DNA of 64,000 nt, taken from assembly GCA_026387265.1 (NCBI GenBank), contig JAPLLZ010000020.1:5413-69412 (forward strand), in the 5' to 3' direction. This DNA comes from Candidatus Omnitrophota bacterium (lineage in GTDB: Bacteria > Omnitrophota > Gorgyraeia > Gygaellales > Profunditerraquicolaceae). Positions 1 to 10,191 of this stretch are shown in pieces; the first letter of the stretch is position 1; every line of letters begins with the position of its first letter. The notes beneath the pieces are model-generated. The model saw only the letters and a program-made list of their open reading frames with translations, did not search any database and had not been told where the DNA came from. The translations under genes and the position numbers were made by a program.

Positions 1-1032
1 TCTGTCTTACCGATGTTTATGAGCAGAGGGTGTCCGAATAAATGCATCTTTTGCAATGAGAAGCCTTATTGGAGAAGTTTTAGACATAGAAGCGCCGAAA
101 ATATCTTTGTTGAGATAAAAGAGCGTTTCCGCAAAAGTATGCATATAGAACACATAGATTTTCATGATTCTTTAGTTAATGGTAATGTCCGGGAGTTAGA
201 AAAATTATGTGATTTGATTAAATCGTCGGGCATGAAATTCCGCTGGAGCGGTCAGGCAGCAATAACTAAAGAGATGACTTATCATTTATTGCTTAAAATG
301 AGACTAGCCGGTTGCGTTTGTTTGAATTATGGGTTGGAAACAGGTTCACCTGGCCTGATGCAAAGAATAGGCAAACTTCTGGCTAAAGATGCCGATTTAG
401 ATAAGATTGTCCGGGATACCCATAATGTAGGGATAGAGGGTATTTATAACTTTATGTTCGGTTTTCCAGGAGAGACAGAAGAAGAATTTCAGGAAACACT
501 GGATTTTTTATCCCGGAATAAAAATTATATCGATGTGGTTAACCCCAGCCCGGGATTTTGTGCTTTTGATAAGGGCAGTTATGGTTATGATCATCCTGAT
601 GAATTTGATATTATTGTGGGCATAACCGGCTCCTTATGGGAATCAAAAGATGGAGTAAATAATTATGCCGCCAGGATAGAAAAGTTTGAGAGGTTTTTGG
701 AAGAAACCCGCAAGTTAGGTATTAAGAGCTTTTATCCCTATGACCGCGTGATTAACCGGGATACTATCCTAGGTTATTATTATTTCATGAAAAAAGAATG
801 GAATAGGGCGATCTTATATTTAAATGAAGCAGTAAAGCAGCAGCCTAGCAATGAGTCAAATTGGGCCTATCTTGCTAAGAGCTTGGCTTTTCTGGGGGAA
901 AAAGAAAGAGCCGGCAGAGGCTTTGATGAGATAATAAAAATCAGATTAGCCAAAAATGATTTGCCGGGAGCCAAGGAGATTGCCGCGGAGGCCCAGGGTA
1001 TGGGGCTTATTGTTTCATCTTATCCTGCATAG
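1..1032 (+). CDS. Radical SAM protein (B12-binding class-like) with C-terminal TPR; probably 5'-truncated by window edge
   Basis: SRGCPNKCIFC (CxxxCxxC), GLETGS and MFGFPGET motifs; TPR-like tail; frame open back to base 1. Confidence 0.85.
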   Translation, partial: SVLPMFMSRGCPNKCIFCNEKPYWRSFRHRSAENIFVEIKERFRKSMHIEHIDFHDSLVNGNVRELEKLCDLIKSSGMKFRWSGQAAITKEMTYHLLLKMRLAGCVCLNYGLETGSPGLMQRIGKLLAKDADLDKIVRDTHNVGIEGIYNFMFGFPGETEEEFQETLDFLSRNKNYIDVVNPSPGFCAFDKGSYGYDHPDEFDIIVGITGSLWESKDGVNNYAARIEKFERFLEETRKLGIKSFYPYDRVINRDTILGYYYFMKKEWNRAILYLNEAVKQQPSNESNWAYLAKSLAFLGEKERAGRGFDEIIKIRLAKNDLPGAKEIAAEAQGMGLIVSSYPA

Positions 1033-1058
1033 TAGGCTGGATTTACTAACGATTAATT

Positions 1059-2915
1059 ATGAAAATAGCTAAATTAATATTATTTGGAGTTTTAGTATTA
1101 GTCGCGCTTCTTCTGGTTCTATCGGTTGGCCCCAGTGGATTATATTATGATGATGCTGGTTGCTTACACGCCGGGAAATTCTTTTTATCTCATCCAGGTT
1201 CTCTCCTGAGTTTCAAGATTCCGGAAGTTCTAAAACATGCCCCGCAATTTGAACGAATTCCCTGGATTTATTACCGGCCTATAGAGCGGATTATCTGGGC
1301 ATTTTGTTTTTTTGTTTTTGGTCCCAATACGATAATGATCGGTTTATTACAAAAGCTGCTTTTCTTGTTAAGCTTGCTGATGCTTTATAAGCTTGGGCGG
1401 TTATTTTTAGGGCAAAGTTGTGGGGTAATTGCAGTAATTATTTTTATGTCCATACTTGTGCCTTATGGTTTGTTGGTTTTTCATACCTGGCTGGCTACTC
1501 AATTTGGCTTATTATTTTTATTAGCCGGCATATATTTTACGGCTAAAGGTTTTGTAGATGGGAAGATGCCATTACTACTCCAGGGGACACTATTTATCTT
1601 CCTTTCTTGGTTAACCAGAGAGTCGAATATATATATCAGCTTACCGGTAATTTTTGTTTACATCGGGAACTATCTATGCTCCCGGGGGAAGACAGAATTA
1701 AGAAATAAGAACATTAGGTTTGTTTGTATTGCGTTACTTTTAGGGATTGTTGTATACGCGTTCATACTGTTTGTTACATCAATCTCCGGTTTTGTGGGGA
1801 TGGGTTTTCATAAGTTTGCTATTAAAAATTTTGTTCCGAACTTAAATTTTTATGCCGGGGAGATATTTAGTAACCTTAACAGCCTGTTTATTGTGATTTG
1901 CTTGGGATTAGCGGTTATTTTTAAAGACCGGTTGCAGTGGATCGGGTTAATTTGGGCACTGGCCAGCCTAATTCCGCTCCTTTTTTCCATAAATGTTTCC
2001 AAAACTTATCTTTTTGATTTCTTTGTGGGCTGTGCTTTATTCTGCGGTAGTGGAGTAAGTTTATTGATCAAAGAGTGCTTTAAACGAAATAGGCTAGGGA
2101 ATAATTATTGGCATAAATCATTAGATGGAGGAGATGATAAAGTAGTGCGGTTATATTTTTTGCTAATTATTATTTTAGCTACTTTGTTTTTTTCTTCAGC
2201 GGTTAAAAACTTTAAGGAATTACAAAAAACTAAATTTTATGCACATACCAAACTAGTGTCACGGGAAGAAAGGCTTAAATATTTGAAAAACCTGCCAAAG
2301 CAGGAGAGCGTTTTTGTTCCTAATTTAAAAGCAAAAGAGTTCTATGGCGCGCTGGCCGATGTTATTAACCGGGAGGATATTAAAATTAGATTAGTTGTTT
2401 CTTGGAATGATTTGCAAGAGCTAATTACGGGGGACAATCTGCTTAAAAATGCAGGTTTTGAGGATGGTTTTGGGCGGTGGGAATTTAAAGGAAAAAACCC
2501 GGGGTTAGTGAAGATAGTGGATAAATATGGTTTCGACGGCGAGCGTTCACTTTTGGTCGATGCCTCTTTTTTGCCAGGCGGGGATTATGACTTGATTGAT
2601 TGCGGGCAATTATTTTCAGTGACCGCCGGCCAGGCCTATGTTTTTGGTGGAATTGTAAAGTTATTGGATTTTAGAGAAGGAATAAGATTTGAGATATCTG
2701 CTCCGGCAGGTTCTCAGGAAGGATACTGGCAGACGGATATTAAATCCGGGACCAATAGCTGGCAGGTGTTGTTTAATTCTTTTACTCCGCTTGATAAAAC
2801 TCAAGAAAAACTTTTTTTCTATGCTGTGCGCAGCGCTAATTTAATCCGAGGTAAAGCTTCTATTGACGGAGTTTTTGTTTATAAAACCAAAAAGCCCATT
2901 TTAGCATACGATTAG
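1059..2915 (+). CDS. Multi-pass membrane protein, GT-C/PMT-like, with C-terminal carbohydrate-binding-like domain
   Basis: About 11 TM segments, early DD motif, YYRP loop, C-terminal NLLKNAGFE start typical of CBM4/9-like domains. Confidence 0.6.
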   Translation: MKIAKLILFGVLVLVALLLVLSVGPSGLYYDDAGCLHAGKFFLSHPGSLLSFKIPEVLKHAPQFERIPWIYYRPIERIIWAFCFFVFGPNTIMIGLLQKLLFLLSLLMLYKLGRLFLGQSCGVIAVIIFMSILVPYGLLVFHTWLATQFGLLFLLAGIYFTAKGFVDGKMPLLLQGTLFIFLSWLTRESNIYISLPVIFVYIGNYLCSRGKTELRNKNIRFVCIALLLGIVVYAFILFVTSISGFVGMGFHKFAIKNFVPNLNFYAGEIFSNLNSLFIVICLGLAVIFKDRLQWIGLIWALASLIPLLFSINVSKTYLFDFFVGCALFCGSGVSLLIKECFKRNRLGNNYWHKSLDGGDDKVVRLYFLLIIILATLFFSSAVKNFKELQKTKFYAHTKLVSREERLKYLKNLPKQESVFVPNLKAKEFYGALADVINREDIKIRLVVSWNDLQELITGDNLLKNAGFEDGFGRWEFKGKNPGLVKIVDKYGFDGERSLLVDASFLPGGDYDLIDCGQLFSVTAGQAYVFGGIVKLLDFREGIRFEISAPAGSQEGYWQTDIKSGTNSWQVLFNSFTPLDKTQEKLFFYAVRSANLIRGKASIDGVFVYKTKKPILAYD

Positions 2916-2987
2916 ATTGTATTAACACGATTGTATGAATGATTTTACGGGTAATATTTTTTAGATTATCATTTACGGAGAAGAACA

Positions 2988-4436
2988 ATGTCTTTGCGGC
3001 GCGTAGATAAACTGTTGGCTATTTTTATAGTGTTACTTATTCTTTTTGCGGTAATATTTTTTTCCTGGTTTGCGTTGCGTGAATTCAATCATGGCATAAG
3101 TGATGGTTTTGATCATACGATTTACCGTCAATTGGTTTGGTCAACGCTTCATGGCAGGTTACTTTGGTGTAGTTTGATTGGAGCCGATGGGGCAACCGAC
3201 TTGATGATGCATACAAACCTAACTTTACTTTTTCTGCTGCCTGTTACTAAATTTTTTAATTTTCCCGAAGTCTTTTTGGTTATTCATGCCTTTTTCCTAG
3301 CGATAGCGGCTTGGCCGGTTTATTTAATTGCCAAAGAAAAAATTAATCGGCGTGCCGGGATTTTGTTTGCGATTTTTTATTTAACAAACACATTTACTAT
3401 CCAGGCTTTGATTGAAGGGTTTCAAACACGTTCTTTAAGTGTGCCGATTTTTTTTCTGGCGTTTTATTTATTGATTAAAAAAAGATATTTTTGGTTTAAC
3501 CTGGCATTAGTTATACTATGCTTTACACATGAAATTAATTGCCTGGTAGTGTTTATGTTGGGTATCTATGTTATTTTCTCTCAGCGTAGGCTTAAGCATG
3601 GTTTGTTGATTTCGTTTTTGAGTTTAGGCTGGTTTATTCTGGTTATTAAAGTCATATTTTCTCATTTCGGAAATTCGGTTCCCCTGGAAACGTTAGGTTT
3701 TATCGGGCATAGGCGGGTGTTATCTAGTGCAAGTGAAATCGTAAGTTTCTGTTTTTTACATCCTATTGCCGTGCTGCGGGGATGTTTGTCTACGGCAAAA
3801 CTTGATTATTTCTTAAGATTATTCTTGCCATTGGGTTTTTTATCTTTGGCTAGCCCCGGGGAATTGGCGATCGGCCTACCGATTTTTCTGCAGAATTTTT
3901 TATTAAGCCAGCGTCTTCTCGGTGTGCAAACACCCCGCTATACGATGACTTTATTGCCTTTTATTTTTATCTCGGCTATTTATGCTAACGCATATTTATC
4001 TGGAAAGCTTAAATCGCGCTGGGGGTATATTCTGGTTTTAGTTATTGTTTGCTGGTCATTATCCGTGCAAAGATTCATCCGCGATCCTGAATATAACCCC
4101 CGGTTTATGCAAATTTCAGCTCCGATATCTAAAAATGAGTTAATCCACCGTCAGGCGTTAAAGATGGCCATCCGATTGGTGCCTAAAAGTGTCAGTGTCA
4201 GTGCGGATTTAAGGGCGCTTCCTTTTTTGGTTAATCGGTTTGAGCTTTATGATATTCCTGTACATATCTTTGACACCGAGTACATTCTTATTGACCAAAA
4301 AGAACCAAGTATTTCGCCTAGGGTGGGGATGCCAGAAAAAGAATATTTAAGAATGGTGGATCAATTGTTAATATCTCCTGATTATACGGTGGTTGAAAAT
4401 CTAGATGGAATTATTTTGCTAAAGAAAGGCAAATAA
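2988..4436 (+). CDS. DUF2079-like membrane protein (putative GT-C glycosyltransferase)
   Basis: FDHTIYRQLVW N-terminal motif, many TM helices, soluble C-terminal tail. Confidence 0.65.
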   Translation: MSLRRVDKLLAIFIVLLILFAVIFFSWFALREFNHGISDGFDHTIYRQLVWSTLHGRLLWCSLIGADGATDLMMHTNLTLLFLLPVTKFFNFPEVFLVIHAFFLAIAAWPVYLIAKEKINRRAGILFAIFYLTNTFTIQALIEGFQTRSLSVPIFFLAFYLLIKKRYFWFNLALVILCFTHEINCLVVFMLGIYVIFSQRRLKHGLLISFLSLGWFILVIKVIFSHFGNSVPLETLGFIGHRRVLSSASEIVSFCFLHPIAVLRGCLSTAKLDYFLRLFLPLGFLSLASPGELAIGLPIFLQNFLLSQRLLGVQTPRYTMTLLPFIFISAIYANAYLSGKLKSRWGYILVLVIVCWSLSVQRFIRDPEYNPRFMQISAPISKNELIHRQALKMAIRLVPKSVSVSADLRALPFLVNRFELYDIPVHIFDTEYILIDQKEPSISPRVGMPEKEYLRMVDQLLISPDYTVVENLDGIILLKKGK

Positions 4437-5903
4437 ATGAATCAAAAGCTCATTGGCGTAATTCCCGCAGCGGGAAAAGGGATTAGGATGTTGCCTAATA
4501 CTGATAGGATACAGAAGGCGCTTTTGCAGGTTGATGGTATATCCATTCTAGAACGTAATGTAAGTATAATGCATGATCAGCTTGGTATAAGTTTGATTTA
4601 TGTGTTGGTCGGCTATAGAAAACAGCAGGTTATGGAACAACTAGGTGATGGCCAAAGATTTGGCGTAGAGATTAAATATGTAGAGGTAGATAATATTAAC
4701 CAGGGTTTAGCGTATGGAATTCTCCATCTGGCGCCTTATCTTGAATCTGTTTTCTGTGTAATTTTAGGAGATGAGGTATATTTTGATTCTAATCATCGGG
4801 AGATGTTGAATTTATCCGCTAATGATTTTGATGTCGTTTGTGCGGTTAAAGAAGTCCAGCATCCTGCAAGCATAAAGAAAAATTATTCTGTGCAATTAAA
4901 TAACGGATTTATTACTTCTTTAGTTGAGAAGCCGGAAATAGTCCAGAATAATTATATGGGATGTGGAACATATTTATTTAAACCCCAAATTTTTGATTAT
5001 ATTAAAAAGACCCCCGTTTCTTCCAGGACGGGCAGGGTGGAGTTAACTGAAGTTATAAATTTAGTCGCCGTAGGCTCCGGTGGACGTGTTTATCCGTTTA
5101 TGCTTAAAGGTAATTATATTAATGTTAATAATGTAGGTGATTATAGTGCGGCTAAATATATGGTTAGGTCAGCGGGTTTTAGTAAAAAATCCGTGAGCCT
5201 GATAGTCCCTGCCTATAACGAAGAAGCCTCGATTGGATATTTGTTAGATGATTTTAAAGGTAAGGTTGATGAAATGTTGGTAGTGAACAATAATTCTAAG
5301 GACAGGACCGAAGAAATTGCCAGGGCTAAAGGAGCCAGGGTTTTGTCGGGGAAATTTAAGGGTTATGGGGAGGCGTTAAAATTTGGCATGGATAATGCTA
5401 GTGGCGATATCCTGGTTTTAACCGAGGCCGACGGTTCTTTTGTTTCCCGGGATCTGGGTAAAATTTTGGAATATCTTAAGGATGCCGATATGGTTTTAGG
5501 CACACGCACCACTAAGCAAATGATTGAGCAGGCGGCAAATATGAACTTTTTATTGCGCTGGGGAAATATTTGTATGGCCAAGATTATTGAATTATTATGG
5601 CTTTATAAAAATGAACCGCGCTTGACGGATGTAGGGTGTACTTACCGGGGGATATGGAAATCAGATTATAAGGTTATTAGGAATTCGCTGCATTGCGATG
5701 GGGCGGCGTTTTCTCCAGAAATGATCATTGAAGCAATGCGCCATAATAAACGTATAATTGAAATACCGGTGACTTATTCCGGCAGAATCGGAGGAGAATC
5801 CAAGTTTTCAAAAAATATTTTTGCCAATACTCAGACTGCATTCCGAATGTTCCGGTTAATTGTTATTAAAAAACTTTTTGATCTTTTGGGGAGGTATGAA
5901 TAA
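4437..5903 (+). CDS. Sugar-phosphate nucleotidyltransferase fused to GT2 (polyprenol-phosphate glycosyltransferase-like)
   Basis: PAAGKGIRM and VEKP motifs in N half; LIVPAYNEE, GYGEA, EADGS in C half. Confidence 0.8.
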   Translation: MNQKLIGVIPAAGKGIRMLPNTDRIQKALLQVDGISILERNVSIMHDQLGISLIYVLVGYRKQQVMEQLGDGQRFGVEIKYVEVDNINQGLAYGILHLAPYLESVFCVILGDEVYFDSNHREMLNLSANDFDVVCAVKEVQHPASIKKNYSVQLNNGFITSLVEKPEIVQNNYMGCGTYLFKPQIFDYIKKTPVSSRTGRVELTEVINLVAVGSGGRVYPFMLKGNYINVNNVGDYSAAKYMVRSAGFSKKSVSLIVPAYNEEASIGYLLDDFKGKVDEMLVVNNNSKDRTEEIARAKGARVLSGKFKGYGEALKFGMDNASGDILVLTEADGSFVSRDLGKILEYLKDADMVLGTRTTKQMIEQAANMNFLLRWGNICMAKIIELLWLYKNEPRLTDVGCTYRGIWKSDYKVIRNSLHCDGAAFSPEMIIEAMRHNKRIIEIPVTYSGRIGGESKFSKNIFANTQTAFRMFRLIVIKKLFDLLGRYE

Positions 5904-7297
5904 TGAGGGTTGCCCTCATCCGCAGCCGTGATAAAGTAAATATTAATACCCGTCTGCCGGAAAGCTTAAATATGGTAAGGGGGGAATTACCCCCGTTGGG
6001 ATTGGCTTATATTGCTAGCGTACTGGAAAATGCCGGGCACCAGGTAAGGATCTTTGATATTAGTGCTGCTAATCTAACGCAGGATGAATTTAGGAAACAG
6101 CTGTTTGAATTCTCTCCGGCACTGGCGGGAATTACTGTGATGACTCCAACATTATTTGGTGCTTTGGAGTCAGCCAGGATTGCTAAAGAAGTTGGCGCAG
6201 TTACAGTTTTGGGAGGGCCGCAACTTTCGATTTACCCGGAAGAAACAGTTGCTTATGCGCAAGTGGATTATGGAATTCATGGCGAGGGTGAATATGCCAT
6301 GTTGGCATTGGTAGATGTTTTGGAGAAAAGGGTCCAGCCGGATACCGTTGGAGGCCTGATTTATAAATATAACGGAAAAGTGTTTATTAATGCGCCGGCG
6401 ATAGTCCAGGATTTGGATACTTTGCCTTTTCCGGCATATCATTTATTGCCGATGACAAAATATAATTCTATAATCGGCGATTATCCTACCAGCACGATGA
6501 TTTCTTCCCGGGGGTGCCCGTACCAGTGTCATTTTTGTTTTAAACAGCCAAGTGATGAAAAAATACGCTTACGTTCGGCAAAAAAAGTTGTTGAAGAGAT
6601 GAAATATCTGGTAGAAAACTTTAAAGTTAAAGAGATTATGTTTTATGATGATGTATTAACTTTTTCGCGCCAGCATGTTTTCGAGATTTGCCAGGAGATA
6701 TTATCCAGCGGCTTAAAGATTAAATGGGAATCTCCTGCCCGGGTTGATAATGCAGATAAAGAATTGTTAGAATTAATGTATAAGGCAGGATGTGTGCGTT
6801 TAAGGTATGGTGTTGAATCAGCAGATGAGAGAATATTAGAGTTGATGAATAAGAGAATTAATCTGTCTCAGGTTGAAACGACATTTAAGCTAACGAAAAA
6901 AATCGGCATGGAAACTTTTGCTTATTTTATGGTCGGTTATGCTCATGAAACTATAGATACCATTAAGAAAACAATTTCATTTGCCCGTAAGCTAAACCCT
7001 GATTGGGCAATGTTTACGATCGCTACTCCATATCCTGGTACTCCTCTTTATAAATTGGCGTTGCAGGAAGGGGTATTAAAAAATGACTACTGGCGTGAGT
7101 TTACTTTAGGGACCCAAAAAGATAAAAGGATACCGTATTTTATCGCGGATGCGCCTTTTTGGGTGAAAAAAGCTTACCTACGTTTTTATTTCAGGCTGGG
7201 TTTTATAATCAAAAGAGCCAGCCGTATTCGTTGCCTGCAGGATTGGCAAAAATGCTGGCAGGGAATTCAAGGTATTTTGAGCATGGGGAAGGATTAA
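5903..7297 (+). CDS. B12-binding radical SAM protein
   Basis: PPLGLAYIAS, GGPQ, GEGE B12-binding domain motifs; SRGCPYQCHFC; GVES. Confidence 0.9.
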   Translation: MRVALIRSRDKVNINTRLPESLNMVRGELPPLGLAYIASVLENAGHQVRIFDISAANLTQDEFRKQLFEFSPALAGITVMTPTLFGALESARIAKEVGAVTVLGGPQLSIYPEETVAYAQVDYGIHGEGEYAMLALVDVLEKRVQPDTVGGLIYKYNGKVFINAPAIVQDLDTLPFPAYHLLPMTKYNSIIGDYPTSTMISSRGCPYQCHFCFKQPSDEKIRLRSAKKVVEEMKYLVENFKVKEIMFYDDVLTFSRQHVFEICQEILSSGLKIKWESPARVDNADKELLELMYKAGCVRLRYGVESADERILELMNKRINLSQVETTFKLTKKIGMETFAYFMVGYAHETIDTIKKTISFARKLNPDWAMFTIATPYPGTPLYKLALQEGVLKNDYWREFTLGTQKDKRIPYFIADAPFWVKKAYLRFYFRLGFIIKRASRIRCLQDWQKCWQGIQGILSMGKD

Positions 7298-7300
7298 TTA

Positions 7301-8023
7301 ATGGGGTTAAAATCGCTTTCGGTTTTTGTACCGGTTTATAATGAAGAAAGCATCATTGATAAAAATTTAGGGATTATTTTAAGTATTCTGGAAAAAATAG
7401 TCGATGATTTTGAAATTTTGATTATTAATGATGGGAGTACAGATTGTTCTGGTGAAAAAATCCGAGAATGGTCCAAAAAATCTCAAAGGATACGTTTTTT
7501 GGAACATAAAACCCGTTTGGGTTATGGAGCGGCCTTAAGAAGCGGATTTTTGAATGCAGGTAAAGAGCTAATATTTTACACCGATATGGATTTACCTGCG
7601 GATTTAAACAATCTTAAGGAAGTTATGCCGCTGATGGATAGCTATGATTTGGTGATTGGTTATCGGACAGACCGTCAAGATACGCTAAGGAGGATGATTT
7701 ATTCTAAGGTTTATAAATTTCTGCTGAAGTTGTTATTCGGCCTAAAGATAAAAGATATCAATTTTTCTTTTAAATGCGTTAGGAGAAAAGTAATCGAAAA
7801 AGTTAAACTTACCGCTAAAACCGGATTTATCGACGGTGAATTATTGATTGAGTCTTTGTCTGGCGGTTTTGTCGTTAAAGAAGTTCCGATTATCTACCGG
7901 CCACGAAAATTCGGGAATTCACATTTTGATAGTTTAGGGGTAGCAATAAATACGGCTGGGGAGATTTTGCTTTATTGGTTGGCTAAAATTGTGCATAAAA
8001 AGAGGTTAAGGCCATGCAGATAG
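7301..8023 (+). CDS. GT2 glycosyltransferase (Dol-P-Man synthase-like)
   Basis: VPVYNEE, NDGSTD, GYGAAL, DMD motifs. Confidence 0.85.
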   Translation: MGLKSLSVFVPVYNEESIIDKNLGIILSILEKIVDDFEILIINDGSTDCSGEKIREWSKKSQRIRFLEHKTRLGYGAALRSGFLNAGKELIFYTDMDLPADLNNLKEVMPLMDSYDLVIGYRTDRQDTLRRMIYSKVYKFLLKLLFGLKIKDINFSFKCVRRKVIEKVKLTAKTGFIDGELLIESLSGGFVVKEVPIIYRPRKFGNSHFDSLGVAINTAGEILLYWLAKIVHKKRLRPCR

Positions 8024-8751
8024 AGCAATACCGGCGCTTTTATGAATTGGAAGATAAACATTGGTGGTTTGTGGGGATGCGGGATATTTTCTGCCGGCTG
8101 ATAAGTAATATTTATAAAGGAAATAAAAAGCTTTTGGTTCTGGATGTGGGTTGTGGTGCGGGAATGATTATGAAAGACCTGGAAAAGTTTGGCAAAGTGG
8201 TGGGGGTAGATGTTGAAGATGCGGCTTTAAAGTTTTGTCAGAAGAGGGACGTCGGGGATCTTTGCCTTGGTAGCGGAGTAAACCTTCCCTTTAAAGATGC
8301 TACCTTTGATTTAGTAACTGCTTTTAGCGTAGTTGAACATGTGCAGGATGATATTTCTTTTATCGGTGAATTAAACAGAGTATGTAAAATTGGCGGCAGG
8401 ATTATTCTTTCTACCTCTGCTTTTAATTTTCTCTGGAGCCAGCATGACCTGATTAATGGGCATAAGAAAAGATATGAAAAAAACAGCTTAAAAGAAATAT
8501 TCCTGAAACACCGCTTGGTTATTGAAAAGATTACTTATACAAATTTTATATTGTTTCCAGTTATCCTACTGGCTATCATTCTGAATAATTTATTAAAACG
8601 TTCTTGCAAAGGGACGGTTGATGTGTTTTATACTATGCCTAAATTACTAAATGGTTTTCTGACCTTTATATTAAAAACAGAGTCAATAATTTTAACTAAA
8701 TTTAATTTTTCTTTCGGTGTTTCTCTACTATGCGTCGGCAGGAAGATATAA
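8014..8751 (+). CDS. Class I SAM-dependent methyltransferase
   Basis: VLDVGCGAG, LPFKDATFD, VVEHV. Confidence 0.85.
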   Translation: MQIEQYRRFYELEDKHWWFVGMRDIFCRLISNIYKGNKKLLVLDVGCGAGMIMKDLEKFGKVVGVDVEDAALKFCQKRDVGDLCLGSGVNLPFKDATFDLVTAFSVVEHVQDDISFIGELNRVCKIGGRIILSTSAFNFLWSQHDLINGHKKRYEKNSLKEIFLKHRLVIEKITYTNFILFPVILLAIILNNLLKRSCKGTVDVFYTMPKLLNGFLTFILKTESIILTKFNFSFGVSLLCVGRKI

Positions 8752-9557
8752 AAAGGCTGGTTGTTAATGCTGATGATTTCGGCTTAGATTGCGCGATTAA
8801 TCAAGGGATTATTCAGGCGTATGAAAGCGGAATTGTCCGAAGTGTTTCTTTAATGAGTTGCGGGGTGGCTTTTGAAGAAGCAGTGCAGTTGGCCAGGAGG
8901 TATCCAGGTTTAGGGGTAGGTGTGCATCTGTCGCTGAATGAGGGAGATCCAGTTGCCGCCTCTTTGTTAGGTAAAGATGAAAGGCATTTTTTATTTTTTT
9001 TTAGATTTTTGTTAAAATTTTTCTCGCGCGAGATTAATTCAGCCCAGATATATTTAGAATTTGAAGCACAAATCAATAAATTTATCGAAGCGGGTTTGCG
9101 CCCTACGCATTTGGATGGGCATAAGCATATTCATATGCTTCCAGGCATACTGGATGTCGTGTTGGAGTTAGCGAGAAAATTTAAAATACCCAGTATAAGG
9201 CTGTCGCGGGAGCCCTGGTTGGTTAGCTTAAAAACTAGTCATCGTGCACTAAAGTTTTTAATATTATCAATGATAGCTAATATTCATTTATCTAAAATTA
9301 GAAAACATTTAATTAAAATCCCTGATTATTGTTATGGTTTAACCCAGAGTTGTCGCCTGAATGAGGAATATCTGGCCTGGATATTAAAATCTTTACCCGT
9401 CGGGACCAATGAATTGATTTGTCATCCTGGATTATCGACACTGGATTTACCTAACAAGAATAAAGAGGTCGAGTTGATTGCTTTAAAAAGCCCGTTAATT
9501 AAGGAATTGATAGAAGATCTAGGCATACAGTTGATACGCTATGATGAGATTAGATAA
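8730..9557 (+). CDS. YdjC/ChbG/HpnK-family carbohydrate deacetylase
   Basis: NADDFG, GVHL, HLDGHKHIH, ELICHPG. Confidence 0.9.
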   Translation: MRRQEDIKRLVVNADDFGLDCAINQGIIQAYESGIVRSVSLMSCGVAFEEAVQLARRYPGLGVGVHLSLNEGDPVAASLLGKDERHFLFFFRFLLKFFSREINSAQIYLEFEAQINKFIEAGLRPTHLDGHKHIHMLPGILDVVLELARKFKIPSIRLSREPWLVSLKTSHRALKFLILSMIANIHLSKIRKHLIKIPDYCYGLTQSCRLNEEYLAWILKSLPVGTNELICHPGLSTLDLPNKNKEVELIALKSPLIKELIEDLGIQLIRYDEIR

Positions 9558-10182
9558 AGAATTAATCAATCTTTATAGAGAAACTTCCTGGTTACAGAGG
9601 GCGCATGTGATCTTGCGTTATCTTTTGTGCCCATTCAGCGCAGTAGAAAAGTTTATTCCTCGAGAGGGGAAGATCCTGGATTTAGGATGCGGCCATGGAA
9701 TATTTGCCAACGTTTTGGCAATGAAAAGCAGCAGTCGTTATGTAATAGGAGTAGATAAAGATTCCGGCAGGATTGCAGTGGCGAATTCAACCCTGTCGGG
9801 GAAAAAGAATCTTGAGTTTAGGCAGCTAGATATTTTAGGTTATAGTTTAGATAGCGATGTGAATTGTGCGGTACTAATTGATTTACCATTAGAAACAAAT
9901 CAGGGTTTATTGACTAAGCTTTATGCCAAATTGCCCTCTAAAGGAATTTTAGTCATAAAATCAATGAGCAGCCGGCGCCCCGGATGGAAACACTGTTTGA
10001 ATATTCTGCATATGGCTACCGTAGATAAATTATTGCGGGTCAGCTTAAGGAAAAATGCCTATTTTCTAAAGGAAGAAGATTTTGTGCTCCTTTTGGAAGA
10101 AATCGGCTTCCGGGTAAAGTTTTTAAATATTGATAAAGGTTATCCTTGTCCGCATTGCTTGTATATTTGTAATAAGGATTAG
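9541..10182 (+). CDS. Class I SAM-dependent methyltransferase
   Basis: ILDLGCGHG, IGVD motifs. Confidence 0.8.
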   Translation: MMRLDKELINLYRETSWLQRAHVILRYLLCPFSAVEKFIPREGKILDLGCGHGIFANVLAMKSSSRYVIGVDKDSGRIAVANSTLSGKKNLEFRQLDILGYSLDSDVNCAVLIDLPLETNQGLLTKLYAKLPSKGILVIKSMSSRRPGWKHCLNILHMATVDKLLRVSLRKNAYFLKEEDFVLLLEEIGFRVKFLNIDKGYPCPHCLYICNKD

Positions 10183-10191
10183 CAAATTAAT

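Noticed and set aside
5903-9557. Hopanoid (HpnJ/HpnK-like) cluster
   Set aside because: No squalene-hopene cyclase or squalene synthase nearby; the context is glycan synthesis
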